Shown: positions 1-14,399 of the stretch, piece by piece
Layout of the letters: each line of letters opens with the position of its first letter
Numbering within the stretch: the stretch's first letter is position 1
Source of the DNA: Chiloscyllium plagiosum
Lineage: Eukaryota
Assembly: GCF_004010195.1 (NCBI RefSeq)
Contig: NW_025215227.1
Span: 1-64,000 of the forward strand
Direction: 5' to 3'
DNA length: 64,000 nt
The notes under the pieces: generated by a model
The model's database searches: none
What the model was told of the DNA's origin: nothing
The model's input: the letters and a program-made list of their open reading frames with translations, nothing else
Made by a program: the position numbers and the translations under genes

Positions 1-1280
1 ATTTTAGAGGGTAGTTAAAAATTAAGGACAGTGCTCTGAATCTGAAATTATACATAGGCCGGACCAAGAAAGTTTTTTTTTAATTGTTGTACCTCTATTG
101 ATAACAATACATTTTCTCATTCCAGATTTATTTATCAGCTAAATTTAAAATTTAGGATGTGAATTCATGACTCCTGGATAGAAATTCAGAGGTCTGAACT
201 AATAATTCAGTGACATCACCTATATGCTTCAGTCCCCTCTTGGAGGGTTATGGTTTCACAGCTCAAAAGAGACAAGCCATTCGTCAATATTCCAAAACAT
301 TGCAAGGAGCCATACAGCAATTAAAAGAGAATAAAAATAGGTGACATCGATCTGAAAAGTAAGCAATTTATATTTCAATTCATATTTTTTAATGCTGCAC
401 AAAATGCCTTGATCGGATCATACAATATTCTCAAAGATTGCTCTGCAACACATTCATTCAAAAAAATTGCAAATTAGGATTGTTGGTGACTTTGAGTTCA
501 AAAAACATTGTTCTCATTATGAACAAAAATACTTATTTTCAGCCGGTGTACAATTATTAAAACCAGAATACAAATTCAAGTTGTGAAAGGATTATAATAT
601 ATATATATAATAGACATAAAAATGTCATGTGTTGCCTGACATAAGTCGACACGAATAAGTTTCATCGTAGCAAGATTTTTAAAACCCATACTTCCTTGTG
701 TTAATTCTATTACCACATTTTTAAGATTAACTCCTTTGATAAAGATCGAATGGACATAAAATTTCATTGATTCAACCTAAGAAACAGAAAATAAGCCAAA
801 CTGCTTGCAAATACAGATGCAGCGCACTAGATTCACAGTGTAACCCCCAAATGAAAGCCAATCTTGAGTCTTGGTCAACCTGACTCCAGAATGAAGCTGT
901 GAGAACACTGGGTGACAACTTGAAAAACTGGATAAAAGTGTGAAATAGTTTGGAGTCAAAACCAGTTTATAAAAAGCACAATTGCATTGGCCCTTGGTAA
1001 AACAAATATTTTGATTAACCTCCCCACTTACAAAACATTTTTTTTAATTTTCTGGAACATGTGCTGTTCTCTTCTAAACAACACAATTAATTCAAAAGCA
1101 AATACTGCAGGTGCTGAAAATCTAAACTAGAAACAAAAATGCTTGATATACTCATCATGTCAGGCAGGATCGTAGAGACAAAGACAGCTGACAGTTATGG
1201 TCAAAGACATTGATCAATATTTCCAACTCTTTAGTTTTAATTCCAAAGACAGTTAATGCTCCAGACAGGTAGAAGTCAAG

Positions 1281-1849
1281 CGCTTCAGAGAACATCTCCA
1301 GGACACCCACACCAATCAACCCCATCTACCCCTTGGCTGAACATTTCAACTCCCCTCCCACATTGCTGAGGACATGCAGGCCCTGGGCCTCCCTTCATCA
1401 CCACTCCCTTACCACCCGACGCCTGGAAGAAGAACGCCTCATCTTCCACCTTGGGACCCTTCAACCTCATGGCATCAATGTTGACTTCACCAGTTTCCTC
1501 ATTCCCCCCGACAACTTACCCCAGTTCCAACCTTCCAGCTCAGCACTGTTCTTATTACTTGTCCAATCTGTCAATCTTCCTTTCCACTTATCTGCTCCAC
1601 TCTCCTCTCCAACCTAGCACTTTCACCACCCCCCCCCCCCCACCTCCATCCACCTATTAAACTCTCAGCTACCTTCCCCCAGGGTCCACTCCACTCCCCT
1701 TTATCTCTCCACCCCCAATCCTGTTGAAGGGCTTTTGCCTGAAACATCGATTTTCCTGCTCCTCAGATGCTGCCTGACCACCTATGCTTTTCCAGCACCA
1801 CTCTAAACTTGACTCTGATCTCCAGCATCTGCACTATTCTATTTTGCTG
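1281..1849 (+). mobile_element. 5'-truncated Penelope-like element (family B): end of GIY-YIG domain, 3' UTR and degenerate hammerhead
   Basis: AEHFNS...RRLEEERLIFHLGTLQPHGINVDF resembles a PLE endonuclease C-terminus. 10-bp TSD AGAAGTCAAG at 1271-1280 and 1850-1859. Hammerhead-like motif at 1717-1752. Confidence 0.8.
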
Positions 1850-2969
1850 AGAAGTCAAGTATGTCAACTGCTTCTTCCCAATTGAAACCAATTTCAGACT
1901 GGTTGCACACAAAGAAAATGCTCTGCAATCATGATCATAAAAATTGAATCAGACAGAAAAACAAACTTATTCAGAAGGTGGACCAAAGAAAATCTATTCA
2001 TAATCCTATGATTAAAGAAGACAACTTTTTCTTTCTTTCATATCCTTGAAAATTATAGCTGAGTGTGCTACGAGCACAGATCTATATGCCCAATTCCCTG
2101 ACATGCACTCTGAACCCCAGACTGTCTCAATTTGTAACATCTAATCTTTTCTCCTTAAATAATGAAAGGAGTATACATTTTTAACAACTTTACAACTGTG
2201 TAATGTAGATAAGTTGAGCATCTAAGATAATATTAAACAAGGGTTTCCAGATTTACTAACAGTGAAGTTTTGCTAACAAGGTGTTGGTTGAGAGAGACTT
2301 CCGAATGCTCATGTATGCAGAGTAAAACTGTGGAATGGTCATATGCTCACTTGTGGCAATAAATTCCTCAAACATACGATCCCTTTTGTCTTGCAATTTC
2401 CAAGTTTTCCAAGTATTGAATACAACATTGCTGCATCATAGTCCATGACACAACATTATTTTTAAAATGCATAATCACAGAACATCTTTTATAGAATAAA
2501 ACATCACATTCACATATAAAGCAAATTTAGACACTGAGTCATAACTCTACTGGGGAAAGTGATCAAAAGCTTGGCCAAAAAGATACATTTTAATGAGCAT
2601 TTTAAATGAAGAGAGCATGAGAGGTTTATCAATCATTTCCAGAGCTACTTAGGAGGCCAGAATGAACTGAAGATAAGTCAGAAGATTTTGGGGCTGAAGG
2701 CTGTGTTTAACCAGGAACTAACGCACGTCAGCAATTACAAGGGTGAATGGCAGTTGATGCAAGTCAGGTCATTAAAATTTCAGATGACCTCAAGTTTATG
2801 AAAGATAAACTGGGGGAGATCAGTCAACAATGCAGTGGAATAGTTAAATCCAGAGGTAACAAAGGCATGACTGGCAGTTTTACCAGTGAATTCGGGTAAT
2901 GTTACAGAGGTGGAAATATGCTGTCATAATTATGTGTTCAGAAGTCAATTTCAGGGTTGCAAAGTGTCT

Positions 2970-3162
2970 CAAATAAAAGAAAAAACTGTGGGCGCTGGAA
3001 ATCTGAAACAAAGTCAAAATGCCAGTGAAACTTTGCAGGTGTGGCAACATCTGCAGAGAGAAACTTCTGATGAAATGTCACTGGACTCAAAATGTTAACT
3101 AAGTTTTCCTCTCTAAAATATACTGCCGGACTTGCTGAGTTTCTCCAGCACTGACATTTTTT
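2970..3162. mobile_element. Old fold-back PLE derivative (family C)
   Basis: Imperfect inverted arms around ttCTGATGAaatgtcactggactcaaaatgtt (3065-3100). Imperfect TSD GTTGCAAAGtgTCT / GTTGCAAAGaaTCT at 2956-2969 and 3163-3176. Confidence 0.6.
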
Positions 3163-4604
3163 GTTGCAAAGAATCTGATTGTGTCTAAGACACAGTTGCT
3201 AGGCCACAGAGTTTGAAGCAGCAACTAAAGAAAATGGCTGGAGTCTTCCGAACATTGAGCTGACCAAAATATATACTCATTCACCAAACGTGCTTTTGCA
3301 GAGTGCTCAGCTTATCTGTTGGACTGTGTCCTCATCACAGACCATATCAGAAACTCTCCATCTGGGTAAATCAAGAGCACCTAAAAGCTGGAAGTAAAAG
3401 TATAGTCGCCACATGAGAACATCAACAAGTTAATCTCCAAGTCATTCACTGTCCTGAATAGGAACAATCTCGCAGTTTTTTCACTTGCACTGGATCAAAA
3501 TCCTGGGACTTCCTCCATAACATACTATAAATATATCTACATGTAAACTCCAGCAATCCAAGAATGCAGTTCTCATCATCTTCAAGGGTAGTTAGGGTCC
3601 AATGATAAATACTGGCCTTGCCGGTGATGCTCTTTCCCCAACCGCAAAATTGAAAATGATATAAATACCTGAAGAGACTAGAATGCCAAAAGTCTTCAGT
3701 CAATGAAGCAAAATAAAAAGATACTGCCCCACACTCAACACCGATTTGGAGAAACAGGTATAACAATTATTTCAATTGTTCTTTCTCCATCATAAAACCT
3801 TGGATGAATCAGAAAATGAATATGAATGATATTTGTACTTTGGGTGAGTGAAATTTTTCAAGATTCGAACAAAACACAAGTTCAGTAAATATTCGGCTAG
3901 TCCAAAACAAAATCAATGCCCAATAACAGTTCTTATTTGGTATCACAAATCTTTCCCAAATAATGTTTATATGAACCAAAAAAAAAGGAACCTCGATTAT
4001 CGAACATCAATTACGCGAATTTCACATTATCCAAAGAAGAACTCACGGTCCTGATACAAATGTTACATCACAGACGTGTTTCCAACACTGATTGCATCTT
4101 TTGTTTACAATGATTAAAAATGAACTCGGCTTGCTGAAATGCTGCCGAGAACAGTGCTGGACATCAATGGGAGCCCTAGCACCCATCTCCAATTTCTCTC
4201 TACACACCCCCCCCCCCACCCACACTTTCCCTGGAGTTCTTGTACAGGGCAAAGATGAAACCTGTCAAAATGTTGTGTGTGTGCGCGTGAGAGAGAGAGA
4301 GATTGCACCCGCGTATGCACATGAGGTGTGCGCGCATGCTATTTAGAGACTCAACCACAAGGTAGCAGCAGAGTTAGTGTTGGTGTTCAGTCCAGTTGCC
4401 CGGAGGTGGAGGGTGGGGGGTGTTGCTCATGGCGGAGGGGCTTAGAAACATAGCAAATTAGCAATGGAGGTACAGGAACAGGCCATTCAGCATGATCATG
4501 TCTAATCAAACATTTCAATACCTTTGACCCACCCATCTCTTGAACTTGGCATGCCACTGGTCATCAAAATCTGTCAATCTCTGCTTTTAACATACTCAAC
4601 TGAG

Positions 4605-5968
<1,364 letters not shown>

Positions 5969-6722
5969 CATAGACAACTGAGGCAGCACAGCCATCGGTA
6001 TTAGATAATGTCAAAAGCTTAGAACCCTCAGAATGAAAAAAGGTCTTCTCATGTTGGATATCCCCCTTATTTTTACATTGTGCCCACTGGTTTGAGACCT
6101 CTCAATGAGGGGAAACATCATAGCTCTAATAAGATTCAATAAGATTACCTCTCATTCTTCGAAACTCTTAAGAGAATACAGACCCAATTTGCTCATCTCT
6201 CTGCATATAATAGGTCCACCATTCCAGGAACAAATCTGGTAAAACTTCTTTGTATTCCTTCAAATGTCAATAATATTTTCCTGCGATAAGGAGACCAAAA
6301 CTGCACACAGTACTCCAGGTGCGGTCTAACTAAGTTGCAACACAATTGAAGCAAGACTTCACTATTCCGATACTCAAATTGTCTAGCAAGAATGGTTTTG
6401 GAGAAATTAACACATTCCATTTGCCTTCCTAATAGCTTGCTATACCTGCACAGCAGCTTTCAATGGCTTAAAATAACGATACCTAGGTCACTTTGTACAT
6501 CTGTACTATTCAACCTCTTACCATTTAAGAAATATTTTGCAAATTGGTTCCTCCAATCAAAATGGATGTCACATTTTTCAACATTACACTACATCTGCTA
6601 TGTTCTTGGCCATTCTAAATCCTCCTGAGGCAAATTTACATCTTCCTCACAACACACATTCCCACTTCCATCATACAAAAATTTAGAAATACTACATTAG
6701 TTCTCCACTTCTAAAACATCCA

Positions 6723-7503
6723 TAGTTTTCCTATAACTCTTTAGTTGCATTCCAGCGAAAACTTGCTTAATAGAAAATCACAATATAAATAATGGAGCCT
6801 ATGGGAAAAGTCAAGTTCGGAGCAGACCAGCAAAACATATCACTCACGATCACTCAAAAATCACCCAAAAGCGTAACACAAATTATAGCATGGCATGAAT
6901 AAAGGTACAAATCATATTTATCAAAGATACAAAAGTAAATTTAACACAGTGCTTTAAAAAATATTGATAATGCAGGGACAGAGGGTCAACATGGTGCAGA
7001 AGGCAGATTTCCTCATTCCTGTTAAGCGAGCTGTATCACATGTTCTCTCCTTACGCTCAAAACACTTCACAATATCAAGCTTCTCTTCCACAGTTGTAGA
7101 TTTTATTTTGTGGTCACTATCTGCAATTTTATCACCAGGACACTTCTTGGTAACATTCTTTTCACTATGTCCCTCCATTGTTTTCAAAAAGAAAAGAGAT
7201 AATCTAGGAGTACCTTTCACAGGAAGCTGCTCAATTTATCTATCTCAGAAAGCTGCTTTCTGTACAGTCCCTCACATAGAAAGTCTCTCTCTCAGCAACT
7301 GACATCAGCGCATGCTCAGAACGGCACGAAGACCAGTATGGACATCAGCGCTCGTGCAGAACAAAGCACACAAAACAATTACCGCTGGAATCTCGCTATT
7401 GTGAACTGAGGTAAGCAATCTTGAAAATACCGTTCCTTAATTCCTCAGTGACATGAGAAGAAAAATCGCACGGTCGGAGCACGCATTATCCGAGAACTAC
7501 CTG
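6723..7503 (-). mobile_element. Non-autonomous pogo/Tigger-type DNA transposon
   Basis: ORF 6954..7220 contains TVEEKLDIVKCFERKERTCDTARLTGM, a CENP-B/psq-type HTH. Right TIR ...CGAGAACTACCTG is followed by TA; left TIR is eroded. Confidence 0.75.
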
Positions 7504-7630
7504 TATTGTGAACAACAGTTGCCCAAGTATTGATCTGTGCTGCAGCCTAATCACAGCTGCCAATATAATGCTCCAATTACTCCTACTCTGTTTCCTCTGT
7601 CAGCCAATAATTAATGCATATTTTCTTAAA

Positions 7631-7944
7631 TAAGATTCCCTACAGTGTGGAAACAGGCCCTTCGGCCCAACAAGTCCACACCGACCCTCCGAAGAGCAAT
7701 CCACCCAGTCTCACTCCTCTACATTTACCCCTGACTAATGCACCTAGTACTACGGGCAATTTTAGCATGGCCAATTCACCTGACATGCACATCTTTGGAC
7801 TGCGGGAGGAAACCGGAGCAAACCCACGCAGACACGGGGAGAATGTGCAAACTCCACACAGACAGTTGCCCAATGCGGGAATTGAACCCGGGTCCCTGGT
7901 GCTGTGAGGCAGCAGTGCTAACTACTGAGCCACCATGCCACCCC
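7631..7944 (-). mobile_element. tRNA-derived SINE (HE1-like)
   Basis: Minus-strand head with A box TGGCTCAGTAG and B box GGTTCAATTCC; CR1-like tail; close paralogue at 30241-30568. Confidence 0.85.
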
Positions 7945-10134
7945 TATTATTGTATTACCCCAATCTCACTTTAATTTTTCTAACCAGTCTCCAGTGGGAA
8001 ACTTTATCAAAGACCTTCTGGAAATCTAAGTACATTCAATTCACAAGCTCTCCTTCAAATTTGTTATTAACATCGTTAACTAACTTACAAGTTTGTCAAA
8101 TATGGTTTCCCATTCACAAACCCATTCTGACGAGATCCAATCAGATCATTACCAACCAGGTGTCCCTTCTCCCATCCTTTATAATACTTTCTATCATTTT
8201 TCCATAGTACTGATACAAGATTAGCAAGTCTGTACTTCTCTATATGTCTCTCATTTCCTTCTTAAACAGTCGGGCAAAATTTGTTACGTTCCAATCCACA
8301 AGAATCATTTCAAATCTAGAGGATTTGGGGGGGATAATCATGAATGCATCGAGTATCTTAATAGTCACCTCCTTCAATGCTCTGGGAGGAGACCATTAGA
8401 CCTGGCAATTTATCAATTTTCAAGTCCATTAACTTCTCCAGTACAATCCTCTTACTGATGCTAATTTCCTCCAACATCTCATTCTCCCGAGTTTCTTGGA
8501 TCACTAGTTTTGGGAAATTTCTGATGTGTTCCTCAATGAAAACAGAAAGTAATCATTTAGCTTCTCTGCCATTTCTCTATTCACCATTATAAGCTCTCCT
8601 GACACTGCCTGAAATGGACACACATTTGTTTCTGTGAAACTTGTACTGTTTACATAACTACAGAAGATTTTGCAGTCTTTTAGTTTTTTTTTTGCTAGAT
8701 TGCATATGCTACCTTTCATGACCCTCCTTTGTTATGTCCGATATCAGAATTACTGCTATTTCTCATAATTTTACAGACCTTTTCTTTTGGCCTTATACAA
8801 TCCTGAAATTCCTTTGTTAGCTGTGGCTGATTTTGTTTTTATGCACTATAAAAGAACGTATAGTTCCTGTAAACCACATACGAATTTTTTAAGGACTGTC
8901 CTTGTACAATCATACCTTTAATGTATGTTCCCATTCCACCTCAGTCCATTTATGCTTCATGCCTACAAAACTTCCCCTATTCAAATTTGCTTCAGAATGA
9001 ACTACCTCACTTTCAGACATGAAACAAATTTCTATCAAATTCTGGTCACTCATCCCTTAAGGTAATTTAAAAATAAGACTGAGAATTAGCATTTTTTCAG
9101 TACATGATACGAGATCTAAAACAGAAGTCTATACAGAAAACAGGAGCATGAATAGGTCTTTGAAACATGATCAAGGCTGATTATCCAACTCAATACCCTA
9201 TTCCCACTTTCTCCCTATGTCCTTTGATCCCTGTAGCCCGTAGAACTATATCTAACTGCTTCATAAAAACAGACCAATTGGTTCCTCAAATACTGCTTTC
9301 GAATACCATCCCTGACATACTCCAGAAAATGCATTCTCCAATGCTTTAGTCCTCAATTCGCTTACCCAATCTATCTAGAGAATGAAGGCAACTCTGATCA
9401 CCATTTTATCCATGCTACATTATCACTACCCTTAACACTTGATGGCCTATAAATAATTCCAACCAATGTCTGCTGGCCTTCTGTGTTATTTATGCCTAAA
9501 CAAATTTCAGACATTCTCCTCTTAGACTGAGATTCTCCCTGCTAATGTACCGATCCCATCCCTTATTACCAGTGCAACTCCAGCTCCATTTTTCCTCATC
9601 GGTCCATCTTCAATGTTGAATATCCTTGAACGTTCAATTCCCAGTGTTGATCACCATGCAGCAATGTGTCTGTAATGACAATCAGATCATGCCCATGTGC
9701 TTTTAGCTGTGTCTTTAGACTGTCTACTTGTTTGCAAATGCTGCATACATTTAGGTAGAAAGCCCTTAACTGTGACTTATTGACAACATTGTGCTTTTTA
9801 AAGCATAATCGATGCTCAGCTTTGTTTCTCCTTCCATCTCCCTGTCATCATTTCAAATTCCTGTCATCAATTTTACAGTCTTCCAATTTAGGCTACCACT
9901 CAGATTCCCATACCCCTCGCAAGCTAATTTAAATCCACCCAATAGCACAAGCAAATTTAATTATATGCGATTCAAACATTAAACTGATAAATAATATCAA
10001 AGTAGGAGAGTGAAGGGAATTTAAGAAAGCAGTCTAGAACAAAACACACATGTACATGGATAGTAGATGTAAAAATATCAGTAAATATTGCAGACAGTAA
10101 AAGGAGGATGAGTGTGTCCATGCTATTGAAGTCA

Positions 10135-10585
10135 CTAAGAGTCATAGAGTCACAGGGATGTACAGCACGGGAACAGACCCTTCAGTCAAACTCATCCATG
10201 CCTACCAGATATCCTAACCTAATCTAGACTCATTTGCTAGTACCTCTAAACCCGTATGATTCATATACCCATCCAGATACCTTTTAAACGTTGCAATTGT
10301 ACCAACCTCCACTACTTCATCTGGCAGTTCATTCCATATACGCACCACCCTCTGCATGAAAAGTTGCCCCTTAGGTCTCTTTTATATCTTTCCCCTCTCA
10401 CCCTAAACCTATGCCCTCTAGTTCTGGACCCCTCCACCCTAGGGAAAGACCTTGTCTATTTACCCTATCCATGCCCCTCATGACTTTATAAACCTCTATA
10501 TAAGGTCACCCCTCAGCCTCCGATGCTCCAGGAAAAAGAGACATAGCCTATTCAGCCTCTCCCTGTAGCTCAAATATTCCAACTT
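10135..10585 (-). mobile_element. CR1 LINE 3' fragment
   Basis: (GAGTCATA)-type tail plus 3' ORF2 sequence shared with 12296-13030. Confidence 0.85.
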
Positions 10586-10954
10586 AAGATGATTTCTAGG
10601 CTACAAATCAATTCAGTTCAACACTTTCAATAATTTGCAGAACAGTAATTAGCAATAAACTGAATGAAATGGTTCTAACAAGAGAACGAAAGTGAGAAAG
10701 GACATACCTAAAAAATAGTTTTATTGCAGAGTCCGTTCACATCCCTAGATAGCCTTAGTCATGTCACAACCATAAAAATATTTTTGATCGAAGACTGACA
10801 ACTAACAATGAGATAAAGAGCTTAATAATTGAGATTGTTTTGAGGGCAGAAAGTCAGCCAAAATGAAACAAGACCCTGGGAGACTTATATATTCACATGA
10901 TCAATTGGAAAGATGCCGGAACATAACCTCTAAAAGAATGCATCATTCCCTTAG

Positions 10955-11420
10955 TATCTTTACTTGGATGCTACCTAGGCTGAAAAGTTTGAATTATAAG
11001 GAGAGCTTGATGGTTGAGACTTTTCTCCTGGAGCACAGGAGACTGAGGGGTGACCTTATCGAGGGAGATAAAATCATGAGGGGCATACATAAGATAGCTG
11101 ACTGATTTCCCCAAGGTAGGAAAGTCTAAAACTAGACAGCATAAGTTTAAGGGGTGCAAGGGGAGAGACACAAAAGAGTCCAGAGGGACAGATTTTTCAC
11201 AAAGAGGATGTGAGTATGTGGTACAGGTTGTCAGAGGTAGTGGTGATAGCGAATACAACTTCATCATTTGAAACATTTGGACAAGTACATGGATGGGATA
11301 GATGTGGAGGGATATGGACCAAACATGGACAAATGGGACTAGCTTAAATTGTGAAAACTGGCAGCATGGGCAAGTTGGGCCAAAGGGCCTGTTTCCATGC
11401 TGTCGACCTCTATGACTCTA
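10955..11420 (+). mobile_element. CR1 LINE 3' fragment
   Basis: LEHRRLRGDLIE motif and CTATGACTCTA tail. Confidence 0.85.
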
Positions 11421-12295
11421 ACTGCACTGAGTTGTGAACATTCTGTCGGTGTAATGTCTTGCATTCAGGCTTAAATCTATAATGCTTAAGTTAGCATGAT
11501 ATACTACTTGAACATTGGACCTGGACAAAAAGAACTATTGACGTCCATTATGTCCATAAATGTTATGAACATAAAAGAACAATGACACTTGACTATGACC
11601 ATTATAGAAAATAAAAGACAACTTACATTTGAGGAAAACTAATCAGAATTTCTGGCACTGAAAATTAATAATAAAGAAGGCTGCAAGAAAGCAGAGTGCA
11701 TAGGAAATGCAAAATTCCAAAGTACTGCTCTAAATTAGGCAATGCCAGTTCACTACAATAACAGAGGGATTGTAGATTCTACCTGGCTAAATAAATTGAA
11801 ATTGATAAAATGCCTTTCTCCTGTCACAGCTACCTTGTGATCACATCAACGAGGACACTAGGATTGAGACTGCATTAATAGCATAGATCGTATTGAGAAG
11901 TCTCAAAACAAGACTTTGACAACCTCCTTCTGATGCAAAGGTCAGTGTCACCATTAAGCTAAGGCTGACAACTTGCCAGTGAATCCTAGATAAAAACTTT
12001 CATTAAAAATAGCATCTGACAGAACCTCAGGATTCTCATAACACTTCAGCCATTAAACATTCCAAAAATTTTAGTCACTACTGTAATTAAGAAAAATCTT
12101 GAATTTTTGATACGTACTGAGACTAGCAATGGAACTCATTTCACAATATTTCAAGAAAGTTGAATTCAGGAAATTCCACAGCAAAGCAGAGGTTACAATG
12201 ATATGAAGGGAAAACTTTTGCACATCACAAGTATTACACATGTATCAGGCTGTGGAACTGGACTAGGATTTTTTTTAAATTAGACACTCATAGGA

Positions 12296-13030
12296 TCATA
12301 GAGACATAGAGATGTACAGCATGGAAACAGACCCTTCGGTCCAACTCGTCCATGCCGACCTGATATCCCAACCCAATCTAGTCCCAACTGCCAGCAGCCT
12401 GCCCATATCCCTCCAAACCCTTCCTATTCGTATACCCATCCAGGTGCCTTTTAAAGGTTGCAATTGTATTAGCCTCCACCACTTCCTCTGGCAGCTCATT
12501 CCATACACGTACCACCCTCTGCATGAAATGTTGCCCCTTAGGTCTCTTTTATATCTTTCCCCTCTCACCCTAAACCTATGCCCTCTAGTTTTGGACTCCC
12601 TCACCCCAGGAAAGAGACTTTGCCTATTTATCCTATCCATGCCCCTCATGATTTCATAAACCTCCATAAGGTCACCCCTCAGCCTTCGATGGTCCAGGGA
12701 AAACAGCCCTAGCCTATTCAACCTTTCCCTGTAGCTCAAATCCTCCAAGCCTGGCAACATCCTTGTAAACTTTTTCTGAACCCTTTCAAGTTTCATAACA
12801 TCTTTCTGATAGGAAGGAGACCAGAATTGCACACGATATTCCAATAGTGGCCTAACCAATGTCCTGTACAGCCGCAACATGACCTCCCAACTCCTGTACT
12901 CAATACTCTGACCAATAAAGAAAGCATACCAAATGCCTTCTTCACTATCCTATCTACCTGTGACTCCACTTTCAAGGAGCTATGTACCTGCACTCCAAAG
13001 GTTTCTTTGTTCAGCAACACTCCCTGGAAA
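12296..13030 (-). mobile_element. CR1 LINE (HER1-like) 3' fragment, relatively young
   Basis: ORF 12296..12880: LYRTLVRPLLEYRVQFWSP...LERVQKKFTRMLPGL...RRLRGDLMEVY. Confidence 0.9.
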
Positions 13031-14399
13031 CAAGGGTGTTATTTTAACTGTACAGGAGTTATTATAAGCTTTCTGATACTTGCTCCGGGGCTTATATCAA
13101 TAAACACACGCTATATATATATGTATATTAAGTTCCTCCATGTTAACCTGCTTCAATCACGATTCTACATCCATCTACCCATGAGTCAGATGAGAACAGC
13201 TGAAGTAAATGATGATAAGATACATAAAATCAATGTCAAATGAAGGCAGAATTAAATAATTTCAACTATGGATTGTTCAAATTACTGAAAAATATTCACC
13301 TTCATTGGAAAGGCAGCCAGTGCTGTCTGCCTCGATGAGATCTTTAGAAACCGCCAAGAGGCACAGAGGGAATCAGAATGTCGAATAAGCATGATTCTAG
13401 TTTCTTTATTTCCTACGGTTGTTCTCAATGTAACTGTCTACTCGCCATGATATTGCAGTTGCAAAGTCATTTGGTCAATAATAGTTAGTTGCATACTAGC
13501 ACTTTCAGACATTATGAATTTACTATAATACACTAATAAGATGATTTTTGAGAATAAAACAAAAATTGTGGCACAACACAAATGGCTTATAATTCTGGTA
13601 TCAAGGCACCTTTACATTGAAAAGGACTCACATTCACTTAGTAAGGCTGACTTCAGGTAAAAACAAAACATTTGCAGAAACTGTTGAATATTGCAAGTTA
13701 TATGCTATTATCAGCAACACAAAAAATATTCTCCATGCAAGTCACAGGAATTTAGGTTCTCAGGAAAGCAACTCCTAATTCTCCACCTCTAAGTCTGCTG
13801 ACTTGAAACCTCATCAACCTGCAAGGATGTTACTTTAATTCCACACGAAGGGAATTACGAATCACAGAACACCAAAATGTATTGCGATTAGACACAAAGC
13901 CTCTTCATGTGCCTCACCTTAATGCATCTTATTTTTTCTCACTGTGCCAACTTTATTTTTTAACTATTCACAGGATGCATATGTCACAGGCCAGGCCTGC
14001 ATTTATTGCCAATTTCCAATTGACCAGTTGGCAGTTGAGACTCAACTTGCAGGCTTCTGTGGATCTGGAGTCACACGAAAGGATAGTGGTTTCCTTCATA
14101 AAAGACATTAGTAAACAAGAAGGGGTTTTCAACAATCAGCAATGGTTTTCATGGGCACTACAGAAAGTGGGTCCTCTTCAATCATTTGTTTGAAAAGACA
14201 GTCATTCATCACCAGTCCTGGACACAAACTGCGAAATAATCATGACTGATACTCAGAATGACTTGTCAAGTTTAATGTTTGAGTGTTGAAAAGAATTAGA
14301 AACAAAGTCTGGCCTTTAGTCTCCATAATATCGAAGGAATAAACACTACCATTACCTTTTTCTTCCAAATTAAAAAGAATAGCAAATTGTACTTTAAAT

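Noticed and set aside
3985..4440. GAACCTCGATTATCGAAC resembling a Tigger TIR start
   Set aside because: No matching second TIR or TA duplication found; left unannotated.
12296..12880. 194-aa ORF and other long ORFs (21245..21916, 33287..33868) as host genes
   Set aside because: LINE ORF2 remnants or their antisense frames.
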